Shown one piece after another: positions 27,360 to 40,132 of a DNA stretch of 64,000 nucleotides. The position numbers and the translations under genes are program-made. This stretch comes from the human T2T-CHM13v2.0 reference genome, Homo sapiens. The stretch is from NCBI RefSeq assembly GCF_009914755.1, contig NC_060929.1; one strand, given 5' to 3'. The notes beneath the pieces are model-generated. The model had not been told where the DNA came from and made no database searches. It saw only the letters and a list, made by a program, of their open reading frames with translations. The stretch's first letter is position 1; each line of letters begins with the position of its first letter.

Positions 27360-30300
27360 ATTTTTGCCAAAAGATAAACAACAGTTACATTCCTTTTTTA
27401 AATTACACACACACGTGCACACACATCTAGAGTTAAATATTTACTGATTTATATCTTGATTTTTACGTTTAAGGTCTGGATTTTCCAAGTGTGAAATTCT
27501 AATACTACTAATACTACTACTACTAATTTTAATACTACTAACTCAGTAGTAAAAGAAACTAATAAATATTTATAGAATCAATCAGTTATGCCATTATCAG
27601 TGATTCCATCTCAGACTAAGTAGGGCCAAAAATTAATTAGAAGCATAGTCCATGAAAGAGGAGCACATTTGGGGATGCACTGCATGGGTGACCATCATTC
27701 AGCACTGGGCACAACATTGGGACTGATAAAGATAACGCCATGCCACTTACACCGTTAGCAGGGTGAGGATTTGAGGGACTTTCGATGCAATTCTTTGACT
27801 GAAATCTTGTGCTCTGACAGTAGATTTCAATGGTTTAGTCAAAGAGTTGCTTGTACACAATGCAAAAGCTGCCACAGAGGGAACTCATGCCTGGCCCTTC
27901 ATACCTCTAAAAGGGGACACCAATACAGAGGTAGCATGACCCTTACCAGGGCCAGGGTACAAGCCTAGCTCTTACATTTTAGGAACAAAATATCCACTGT
28001 GCATTTCGGGAACTCCACCTGACTCCTACTCAGCTGCTGACATAACTCTGATTGAGACAGCTAATTTTTGAGATCAACAGTCTAAAGCTCAAAAACATCT
28101 ATGAAAGTATCTTAAAACCCACCCCTGTGCTAGTTTAGATTGGCAGGAGTACATGATTTGGACATTCTCCTGGGGAAATGTCTAAGTTCTATAATTATGT
28201 TTACCCAGGCTTCTTATGCTGAGAAAACATTTTCCAGGTACATTTGATTCTACCAAGAGAACCTTTCAATTTAGAAGATACCTGAGAAGCTCTCATTACG
28301 GTATTTGAAAGTGCTCCCAGGATTCCCTCTGTGACTCTTTTTCCTCATCAATAAAATATTATTTGTACCTAACAGAAGGATTTTTCTGAGATTTGAACGA
28401 GTTAATTATAATATGTCCTCAATAAATGCTAACAGAAGTTGTTTTTGACACTATTAAAAATAAAAACTTTCAGTCTTCCTAATATTATATGCTAGGCTTC
28501 TCACAAGAATTGTTGAGATACGTTCTTAGAGAAAATGTTTTGTAATTTAAAAAAGATTTCTTAGTATGACACAATGCCATCTGTAGGTGCAATGAAACCA
28601 AATAGTCTCTGTGTTCTCATTTTTATTACAGAGACGCAACTGATTTCATAGCGATCTTATGATGATTATGAATGAGATTATGCAGGTAAATTTCCTAGAA
28701 CAGTGTCTTGTGAACACTTTCTTCTTAGTTAATATTAGATTCCCAATGCATAGTCCATAGTCCCTCTTCAATATCCATGTAAGAATCCAGTGCCAGGATA
28801 TATTTGTTTATCGTCTAAATGACCTGTTTGTTATTGTTGTTGTTAGTTTTCATGCTTTGCTTGCTGTGCTTTGTTTTTTTGTTGAGAACTATATGGTTTG
28901 TTCTGCGTTTTCTTTTTTCTTTACATTTCAATAAGCTTGGAGCTAAATGTTATGATTTATAGCAATCTCCAGTACAGTTTCCAATAAAACTGTTGTAACT
29001 AAACCCTCATTATTTAGCTTTTATTCTCATTTTCTCACTTCATTAGTTTTGTTTTGTGTTTGTATTTTTAAATTGTGTCAAGCCCCTTGGTAATTATGTA
29101 GAAATAATAAATTTTAAAAAGTAAATCCTGAGGGTACATTTCAAATATTATGAGAGCTCAGGTACCTTCTAATTTAAAAGATTCTCTTAACAAAATTAGA
29201 ATGTATCTAGAAACTTTTTCCTCAGCAAAAATAGCTGGTAAGTAAGGAAAGTGGTAGAAGTTCCACCATCTCTCCCTATTTGCTTTAAGATTAAGTGAAC
29301 TATCTACTAAGCCATCAATGGGAAGAGAAAACTCAATAATTTAATATGAAAAAAGCTGGGGGGCGGGGGCTCTTCTTTTCTCTGCTAGAATACAGCCAGA
29401 CTTGAAAGAGTAGTTCCGGTTTATCCAGCCAGCTAACATACTTCCATTTCTGAAATAAAATAAATTTGCAAAAAGTGCACCTATTATGTCATAAGTAATT
29501 TGAGGATTTTTTCCTCTATTTTTTTCTTTCATATTGGTAGCAATACAACCAAGTAATAATATAAAGATAGAGTAAGATAGTGAATAATAAGCTATAACTC
29601 TCTCTGGAGTTCTTAGTTTAGGTGAATTAAAATATGATGGATCTACCTTGCCTTTGAATATTAAAATGTTCCCTTTTCTTAAGAGAATACAAACAGACTC
29701 CTTAACAAAGAATATACTAGATCCTTAAGTTGCATCTCTAGTAACACCTTTGTAAGTAAAACTCTTAAATAGAAAGTAGAGAGTGGATGGCATGTTGAAC
29801 ACTCATGTGTTCTTACTAAAATGCTTTTGTCTAGCATATATGTTGCCTTAATATTATAATTAATGGCATTTCTCACATGGACTAAGAGGAAGGCATATTT
29901 TTAATTAAAAGTGCTTATTAAATCATTAAAATAATATAATCAGTAGTATATTATAGTTAATACTCTGTTATATCTTCCCTGTCTCTACAACTATCTCATA
30001 CTAAAGGACAGTTATGTGGGCTTTTTTAGGTCAAATAATCAACTTACTCTTACATCTAATTGCATCTGAAAATCTTCAGAGACACTAATTTTGTTCATTG
30101 TTACAGCAGAACCATAAGCATCACCGCGCAGATGTAAGTAAACTTTCTATCCTGCTCAGAAAGTATCCAAATAGAACCTGTCCTCATACCAGGGTTAAAA
30201 TCTCTAAAAGCAGTGGTAGGTGTGTTTGGCTGTTGCAGCAAGTCATGTGTTGGAATTTGCTCCATTAGGAAAGTTATAACACAGCTGAAGTTTTAATACT

Positions 30301-32754
30301 AAATTTGTGATGGATAAAACCCAGTGCTACTGATTCAGCTGCTGCCTACCCTGAGTCACACTATCTCCTCTCCAAGACACATGTAATATAATAACAATCC
30401 AACAATTAGTGCACAGTCCTGCCTGCTTCTTAAAACCTCACTCCCAGATGCAGCTTCGATCAGATCTTGGTTTTATTAGCTGTCTTAATTAACTACCATT
30501 ATAATACCAGTTCCCTTTTTCATTCATCAGGCTATCTAGCTAGACAGTGTTGATGTAAACACAGAGCTTTAAAAGGCAGTGACTTTATTCTCTTCGCATG
30601 TACCTAGTCTCTAAATTATGTGTGCACATAGTGTATAGAACTATGGTCTAAAAGCCATAAAAAGAAAGTACAATTTACAAGAACATTCATTTCACTTGTA
30701 TTTAGAGTTGGAAAAATGGGGTAGGAAAGAAGACAATTTGATTCACCAAGTATAACCATTCTCTCCTGGACTTTTCAAGACGTGTAAAATCTCATCTTAC
30801 CAAACCACTCTGATGTACGTGGCTTCAAACTAGTATTAAAAATGATCTTCAAAAGGCGGTATATAAAGTCAAATTATATTCCCTTTGTACATAGGTTAAA
30901 CATCTTTGTTGTAGACATGATAAAAGAACAGATCAAACACAAAGAGAAAACAGTATAAGGATCTGATATGAAAAGTCTCAAGTAGAACAGAGAGCTTATA
31001 GAGGACTCTGAGTATGCATATATATTTCTATGTATTTATAATATATATTTAAATATCTATGCAATATATATTTACAATCTATTTTAAATGGTACCATTTA
31101 CTAAGAAAGCAGAGAACTAACAAACGTTTCAGACTCATAGTGCAAAACAAAGGAAGACTAATTGTTAGTGCACAGAAGGTAAAATAAAAACAGGGAGAAT
31201 ATAATGGTCCATATTTTTCCGCAATACTTAAACAAAACTAAAATGATAAAAGTAAAATACAATGCAGCGTGGAAGAGAGGACCTCTTTCATATGACTCTG
31301 CAGGAATATGCTGAGAACAGAGTGTATTTATATTTAAAGCGTCATGATTCAGTTTCCTATTCTGCGTCTTATAAATAAAATAAATTCAGATAAATTATCC
31401 TAAGTGGTACTGTGGGTCAAATGTTCAAAGTACATTGCAGCTTTTCCCAAAAGACTTGATCCACTAATACTTTAACAAGAGAGTGTTGGTCATACAATTC
31501 TTAGTGTCAGGAAAAAGAGCGAGGTGAAATTGTTACAATTTCCCTTAGGAAATAAATGATGGGAATCTAAGCATTTAATTCCAGCTCCATTCCTAAACTT
31601 TCACCAACTCTATTCCAGCTCATAGTCCATAGGTCAGCCAACAGGGGCAATAAAAAATATTCTTTGCCAACTGCATTTTAACAAATTTGAGAATCAAAAT
31701 CAATTAAATAGATGACCATTAGCAATTCAGTTGAGAATGGCAGGCTTTTCCCACTGAAAGGGAGTGGTTCCCGTGGGTAATATCTAAAGGCTCTTACACT
31801 CAGTTATCAACAAAAAGTTGGGTATGTTTCAGTTTATCAGAAAATCAACTCACTTTGTCCCCATTGGGTAGTGAATTAAACCTAAATTCAACTTATCTAA
31901 GTCTAAAATAAGTAATTTTATTAGCTGATCTACCTAACACTTTATTACACAATGCATTCAGTGTTGTAAACATGGTTTTTGGCAATCTCTTACTTTAGCT
32001 CAGGAACTTAGTTGGAAAACACTAGACAACATTTGGATAATGACAATTTCATCTTGTCTTCTTTGGAGAGTAATAATGTAAACAAAATGAGCTCTTTACT
32101 GGCAGCCAAATGCAATGGAGTTTGTGTCTGTTCCTTTTCTAATATCGGTGTCCCAGGGCTATTTTCTGACTATGTTTCTCAAGGCAGAAAGACTCCACGC
32201 CTTTATTCAATATAAGAATATTGTACAGCATTATCAACTTTGTTTCTCAGTCAGACTCTTCTAGTGAAAAGTGTTACTCAAGAACATCATTAATTTATCT
32301 GCTATTTTTAAAAGCAGTTCTAAAGTTCTGGTGCTTTAATGGAGGGAGTGTCCATGAAAAGGTGTCTAGGATGGTTTTAGTTGTTAGGAAGGGCAAGGCA
32401 GCCTTATCAAACTGATGCAGTATTACCCAACTGCCATTCTGAAGAAGCCAGAATGAGGTGAGAGAGAAAAGAATTACACACTTCAAACTAACCAGGTGAC
32501 CTTACATCCCTTTCCCCCAGTACACTTGGCTTTCAAAAATCTAATGTTTCACTTCTTTCTGCTTCAACTGCCAAAACTGTTTGAAAAAAAGATTATTACA
32601 AAAAAAATATGTATGTGTAGGTAAGAGATGCCATTTAGATCACCGACACTACCTCCAATTTCCTAAGATTTTCATAAAAAAAAACAACATTCTAATGTAA
32701 TTTCGAAACATGATGAGTTATTTTTGTTTAGCAACAACAAAACCCTAAAGTTGG

Positions 32755-33248
32755 AAAAACTTAATGTTAGACCAGAAAGGGGCCATACCAGTGATCTACT
32801 TCAACCTTTCTTTTACAGAGGAGGAATCTTAAACCCTGAAAGATCATGTTTTTGCACAAAGTCACAGCTTCCCAGTGTTGGGCTAAGAGCAAGAAGTTAT
32901 CTTGTAGTTTTGTCAGGTTTTTTTCTTATTAGTTTATAGATATAAAAGTTGATCTATACATAAATGACTAATAATGAACTTTCTATCAGAGAAATGGATG
33001 GAATTGAGAATTCACAGTTGAAACTGTTTAACACTTACCAAGTGACAAATATCAAGTAATTTAACCATCATGATAGCCTTGAGTGAGGTACAATTAGTAT
33101 CCCTGTTTTACATTTTACTGAGAGGTAATAGGCACATGAGGCTCAATAACTTGTCTACGGTCACATACCTCTTAAGTGGTGAAGCCAGGATTCAAACTCA
33201 GCATCTGATCCAGTGTCCTTGCTCTTAACCATTATGCTATTTTGCCTC
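32755..33248 (-). mobile_element. Two MIR-family fragments (about 32755-32900 and 33020-33248)
   Basis: ttttacagaggaggaa; cttgtctacggtcacatac...gaagccaggattcaaactcagcatctga...cttaaccattatgctattttgcctc. Confidence 0.7.
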
Positions 33249-35253
33249 TCTTTGTGAGGTGCTTAGGTAGTTTAGAGACAAAGATGCCAATTGGGGGCAA
33301 AATTCTCCTGCTTTTCAACATCTTGGTGAATACAGATTTCTCCTTATAGCTAAGTATAGCCAAATAAGTGCTTTTTCACTTAAAAGGCCATCAGGACCCT
33401 CAAGCTTCCTAGTCTTTTCTGCCATGAAGGTTCTTAGGAAGACCTGTTGGAATAATGCATTCCCCTCTGTCTCCTCCAGAACTTACCAAACCCACCACAT
33501 TATAAGATGATGCAGAGTTCGTGCCAGGTAAAGTAGAAATCGTGTACCCAAGAGGCTGAGTGACTTTAAAGTCAGGAGTCTTGAGGGGGGCAAGGGCATT
33601 TCTGGATTAGCTTAGACTAATGTTCTTCCACCCTACTTTTGTTTAGGAACAGAAAGAATATTATACATAAGAACATTATGGTTAATTGACAATTAGGAAG
33701 ATTCTACATGGCAGAAGTTCCAACAGATAAGATACGACATACACAAGGGAGAAGATCTTTAACGTATGTTCATTGGCTAATTTCTTCATAGCACTTCTGC
33801 AGGTTAGGATGGCTTCCAGTGCCACAATGTATGTTGAAATTCTGGGTAAACATTGGCATGCTTTCCCCCAGATTCAGTGGGCTGCTGTCCTGGGGCACAT
33901 AATCTTAAATTAAGAATTGTTCTTAGACATAGGGAATTTATGTTCAAGATTTGAACCTCTTGACTCTTCATTATTTGGCTTAATAAGCACATATTTGATT
34001 AAGAATACATTAAATAAAACAGAAGGGCTACATGAGTCAGAAGCTCTAAAAAACAAAGGACATTATAGAACACAGACAGCTAGCTGCTTTCTTGCTCTGC
34101 TAATAAAGGTCTCCCTCCAGACTGTTTATGTAGTATGCACAGAGTGTCAACTGATGTGGATTGTACTGAAAACTTTCAGACATAATTAACCCCAGTAGCC
34201 TCGTAATGCAGTTTCACCAATAATCCACAGCCCAGGCTGTACCCCAGAAGAATCTAACAGCTAGCTCACCCCAGGCTTGCAACATTTCATGAAGAATCTG
34301 TGATTAAAGCCAGACATATAGACAGTAAGAAACCATGTGGTGCATATTATCTCCGCACATCAGTTTTAGTGGTACATGCTCTACTCATGACAACATAAAA
34401 AGTCAGTACATTGTATCTAAAATTGATACATCTACTTTAGAAGCCAAGAGAAAAATGGAAATTAGATAATTAATAGGATTACCCTCCTAAAATAAAAATC
34501 TCAGAATAACATTCTCCAATAAAGACCCTCTGCTTTTGTGGTACATTTGTTCTCTATGTGATGCAATACATATACGCTTATCCTTGGCATACACAATGGC
34601 TCAAGCCTTTTAGCAGTTGATTATGTGCAGTGTTATACCCCAATGAGAGCCTCCTAACAAGATCTGAAGTCAGCAAAGTCAAATTATCATCTTGTACTTC
34701 TTTTGCACCATCTAAGCACCTTTGGAGAGTGCTTATATTTAATTTATGTGCCGGTAAAGTTTTGAGGATTGCTACTAGGTAATGCTATTAACTTGCATAT
34801 TTTTGCATAAAAGATTTTGGAAGAAAAAGTTATATTGGCACACAGGGAATGGGATAGCATTGCAAAAATCACATGCATATTCAAAGATAATGACATATGA
34901 TATTCTGAATCCTACAGGGAAATCAATTCTTAATTACTCTTCCTGACATTTGTCATTGCATAGCATTCCAGGAAAATCACTGAATCTCAAAAACTTCCAC
35001 ATTACCTGGAAGAAGGAAAATGTGAATTAGATAAATCTTTTCTAGACCAATCCTGCAGATTGAATCTGAGGGAGGGTGTTGTACAGTGGACTTTTCAGTC
35101 TAATAGACTGGGCTAAAGTGTTAAATTATTAGTGGGGTAACTTCAGTAAATTGGCTTAATGTCTCAAAATCTTATTTTTCCTCATTATAAAATGGTGATA
35201 ATGCCACTTTCTTCAGTGGCTTACTGTAGGGACCTTACTGGACTGGAAAATCT

Positions 35254-35445
35254 CTTTTTGAAAAATTCATATAAATTTATGGGATACAAGTGGAATTTTG
35301 TTACATGTGTAATGGTCAAGTGAGGGCTTTGATGGTACCTATCATCTGAATAACATACATCATACCCATTATGTAATTTCTCATCATCCACTCCAACTTT
35401 CACCCCCTAACCCTTCCAAGTCTCATGGTCTATCATTCTACTTTC
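35254..35445 (-). mobile_element. Short L1MA 3' end with 18-bp TSD
   Basis: aatttatgggatacaagtggaattttgttacatg...tctatcattctactttc; TACTGGACT(G/A)GAAAATCT at 35236-35253 and 35446-35463. Confidence 0.85.
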
Positions 35446-37777
35446 TACTGGACTAGAAAATCTAATTCCATCTTGAAAATATGTGATCCAGGGTTAGTCC
35501 TGTGATTGTTTAGAAAATGCCACCTTCCTGAACTGAATCACCTTGGAATACCTATATCCTTTTAAGAACCCTAAGAGTTGCCCTTCAAATCATCCCCATC
35601 CTGACAGCACTGAAAAACAGAAACAAATTTGCATTGACCAGTATTCATTCAATGCTTTGGTTCTTGACGACAGATTATGACTTCATGGAATAGCTTTTGC
35701 CAAAATGCACTTGGAGAATTTTGAAGTCCAAGTGTTACAATTCATCATGCCACTGTAAAATGACAGCTTAATCACATCAGAAGAATCTTTAATTAAAACA
35801 GGTTTCACTTAATTGTTTAAAATATACTCCATCAAGAAAAGTAGTTTTAAAGGGCAAAACATTTAATGTGTTAATGAGTTTTCCTACTTATCCTGACATT
35901 TGATATCTTCTGATGGCTTTTGATATGCCCATTTAGTTTTCCCTGCTAATCTTTAACACTCCCTTCCCTAGGGCAATCATTCATTCAACCATAAGCATCT
36001 GATCCTTGATCCCTGAACAGAACAGCAACATTTGTAATTTAAGTCAAGGCCATCACTTTGAATTCCCTGCAGCCACTTCTCTAGACTACAGGCTTCCTTC
36101 AAAGAATACCTCTTGTCTACCTCATGGCTTCTCATACCTACCTCTGTATTAATTTTATATGTCATTTCTTTTGCATCAACAATTAGGAATTTTTATAGGT
36201 ACTTATCAGAATACTAGCTGTCTTGTTTTCTAAATTTAATTGCAAGACTTTAAAGCATGGGAGCTGAAATCTTAATGTCTCTTTATATGATGCCTGCAAG
36301 GATGTAATTAATATTTGCAAGGCATGATGACAATCATTAACACTATCACTAAAAAGAAGCAAGTCACCTGTAGCAACACAATCACCAAGTGAATAATTGT
36401 GAAAGAATATTAATGGCCTGACTACTTTATCGACCAAATATTCTGTCCTAATGATATTTCAAAATTTGGATCTTTTAAAGAGGCCTGCTGCTGCAGAAAG
36501 CATAGGTAAATTCTCTAATTTTCCTAACTTCAACTTCTAACTTTTCTGAATGAATGTCATCCTTGTTATCTCATTGACCCAATAAAGAATTCAAACCAAA
36601 GTTCCCAGAAATGTCTTTGTTAAAAGGTACTCTGTATACTTAAAAGGAATAGTAAACATTTTATATGATAAGAGTTGCCTTGCAGCAGCAACTCTCAAGG
36701 TTATTCTTCAGTGCTGAAATCTTGACTGGAATGATGACAATCAGAGGGTTTGCTAGTTCAGCTAAAAGCAGCTTCTGCTGCCCCACAGAAGCTCCTTGGG
36801 TCTTCTTAGCTTGTAGTTTATTGCTTTCTGAGTTCAAACATTTTTAAGCTGGAGAAATAACAGCTGAGATTTTTCAGGCACTCATGAGAGCTTTCTATTT
36901 TAATGCTGAGGCATTTGAAGGCCACTCAAGGGGTCCACCCATCCTTCTCCTCCCTAGAGGCAATGTCATAGATATGAGAGCCTGACAGTCCAGTCTCTAA
37001 GAACTACTGGGTGCATGGGGATGACCCACAGTGTTAATTAGGAGAGCAAAGTTTGGTGCATCACTCTGAAACCTCAATGGGGAGTAAGAGTTCCACTCCA
37101 GATGACTGATCATCAAATAAGAATTTGGAAGGGGTCAGAGCATCTGGAATTATCTCTGCAGATAATAGCTCTGTTTAGGAGCTGAGCCAGGGAGGAGAGA
37201 GAAGTCTGTCTTGCATAGTCTGGCAAGATTTGGAAACATTGGGCTTCTACAGATTCTTTATGCCTTACAAACTCATTATTATATTTCACTTAATAAATCT
37301 GCATTTGCTATTTTCTGTAAGTTTGCTTGAAAATTTTCCCTGATTTTGGTTTGCCTATTCAGCAGTTTTGTAGTCTCTACTTCCTAAGCACCTATATACC
37401 ATTCTCATTTCCTTTCGTCTGCATCTGCAAAAGGTCTCTTTCTCAAATCCATATGGACACAAAGTCACCTCCTATCACTCTCTCAACTGCTCCCTTTACC
37501 AGAAAGGTGATCTGTATTTATTTTTCCCAAACAAATCTCATGTCTTTATGCCTCCTGCTTCTATTCCCTGAAGATCCCTTGAAGAGACTATACTCTCTAA
37601 AAAGCCATGCCAAACCAGATAAAACACATAGAAGAGAGATGATATTTCATGAAAATCGGAGTCAAGCAGACCTAGCTTGGCATCATGGCTCTGCTATTTA
37701 CCATCTTTGTGAACTTGGACTAGTTACTCCTTAATTCTTCTGAAAAATGAAAATAACATCATCTGCTCCATGATGTG

Positions 37778-38590
37778 TGCTACTTTCCGTCCTCTATTCA
37801 CAATGTCCCCAATGTCTTGGAGATAGTCCATATATCTTTTATCCTTTGCTAAAGAGATTCCTTCTTGAAACTTGAATTGACACCATTCCTTTCCTAGTAT
37901 TCTTGCTCCAAACACTCAGACCTAGGCAGGGTTAACTCTTCTCTCTTTTTTTGTACCTCTGCTGCCCTGTTATTCTAGCACTCACTGTAATATTACAATT
38001 TTTGATAAAATTAGCTAGGACATAGGGAGAACTCCTATAACCCAGCAAACAGCACAAAGCAACTTACTATATTTCCTCATATTTGACAACACTAGTGTTA
38101 TTCACAGGAGCTAGTCCTGTATTCCTTTTGTCCTCTTATCCCATATAGAGATATCATAGAGTATCAATGGATACTATATGTTAGAGAACAAATACTCCCT
38201 CAGCATGACAAATTGTTGTAATTTTATCTGCCCTTATAGATGCTGCTTCCCTCCTCTACTCAAAATGTCCCTAATGTCTTGGAGATATCCTATATATCCT
38301 TTACCCTCTGCTAAAGAAATTTCCTCTTGGAGAAATTTGAATTGACACTATTCAGCTCTGAGTGTTCCTACCCCAAACACTCAGACCTAGGCAGGGTTAT
38401 CTCTTCCCCTCTCTTTTTGTGCCTCCACTGCCCTGTTATTCCAGCACTTACTGTACTGTATGATTATGTGTTTATGCGTCTGTCTCTGGTTTTAGTGGGA
38501 GACAGCAATTATTAATTATGTTGTCCCCAAAATATTTCACGGGGCCTGGCATGTAGTAAGTACTGAAAGTAGTTGTTGAATAATGAATGT
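37778..38590 (+). mobile_element. LINE-2 3' fragment with an internal duplication of about 212 bp
   Basis: Copies at 37778-37989 and 38241-38455; L2 terminus ggcctggcatgtagtaagtactgaaagtagttgttgaataatgaatg. Confidence 0.6.
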
Positions 38591-39984
38591 ACTTCTAAAT
38601 AGTGTCCTCTGTAACTTTTCCAATATTCTACAACAATATCAATTTTCCTGGAGTTAGTTTTTGTGAAAAACAACAGATGAATATGATTTCCTAGGTATTG
38701 CATGTCATTAAAAAGTTTTCATTAGCCTCAGACCTCTAAATTTCCTTCACTGAATTCACCGTTAATACAGTTTTCAACTTGCAATATAAAACATAATTGC
38801 TCTTTAAGTGAAAACTTGTATTAAAGCCACTGGTAAATCTCAATTAAACACAATCATTTTTAATGGCTAATTGTGAATGACACCTGGAAACTTAGATAAA
38901 TGGAAGAAATGAAATGGGAATTTTAACCTTCATAAGGAAATACAATTATACTTACAGTGAAGCAACAGGACTCAGCCATTAGGCATTCTTGAACTCAACA
39001 GTAATTTTCAAAACATAGATTGGAAAATTTAAAGACATTTCAAAGCTTTATGCTCTAAATTTTCTGTTATTTGTACAAGCAAATTTCACAGAGTTTGAAA
39101 CTTCCCATGAAATGTCTTATACACTCAAGAAGCACCAAAAAAGATATGTTTGTTGAAGGGCAAAAATAGAGCATGAAGGATTCACCCACCTTAAATGTGA
39201 CTTTCCAATAAGGTCATTGATAATATCTTTCTTCATTGAAACAGCCTCTTTACAATATGGAAGAAGTAACTTTCAGCAACCTGGTATTTGTCCTATGTCA
39301 TTAAGAAATCTATTTTTAACTTAGAAGGTGGGCAATCACTAACTACATATTCACGTGAAATTATTCATTATTTCATATACACTTTTGGTCTCCACATACA
39401 TTTTCCTTCATAGTTGATATCTCTCCTATAACCTCAGTTACACAAATAAGATAGCCCTGGTTCACATGGTAATGAAGCAACAAGTTTGCACCTGGTAATA
39501 AACAAGACTTCCTTATATTTGAATTGCATTGTAGAATTCACTATATATTTCAGACACTCACAACCTCAGGGACCACCATAAAAAAAGAAAGAAAACACCA
39601 GGGCTGAGATCCTGGCTATCCACCAAGGCTGAGGTGGCTGAGACTTTCAAAACCCATCTGAGTTACATTTTCTTCTTTTGAAAATTAAATTTCTAAGAAA
39701 AAAAGAAATAGCATTTCTTACTGTGACTCTTTTTAAAGCAAAAGTGGAAAATTACTTTTTGATGGAGAACCAAAGCCCTTAGACGTATTAAGAAAACGTA
39801 TTGGATGATATCCTCTGTGAGGTGACAGGCATTGTCATAATCAAAAAAATGATAACTCAGCAATCTTATGTATATTAACAGGAAGATGCACATCTTATAT
39901 TTAGAGAATCTCATGACACTCAATATTAATTGAATGCAATTATTCTCCAAATATAGTCAGATTTTCAATTCCTCAGCCTACAAC

Positions 39985-40132
39985 AGTTTTTGACTGTCAC
40001 AACTGGGAGGGAGGTGTTACTGGCATTCAGTAGGTGGAGACCAGGGATGCTGCTAGATGTGCTACAAAACCCAGGGCAGGCTCCTACCACAAAGAATTAC
40101 CTGGTTCGAAATAGTGCTGTGGCTAACAAATC
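39985..40132. mobile_element. MER20 hAT MITE, partial
   Basis: tttttgactgtcacaactggg...tactggcattcagtaggtggagaccagggatgctgcta...cacaaagaattacctgg. Confidence 0.85.

Noticed and set aside
28575-28590. Second CTCF-like motif (CCTACAGATGGCA on minus)
   Set aside because: Mismatches at informative 5' core positions.
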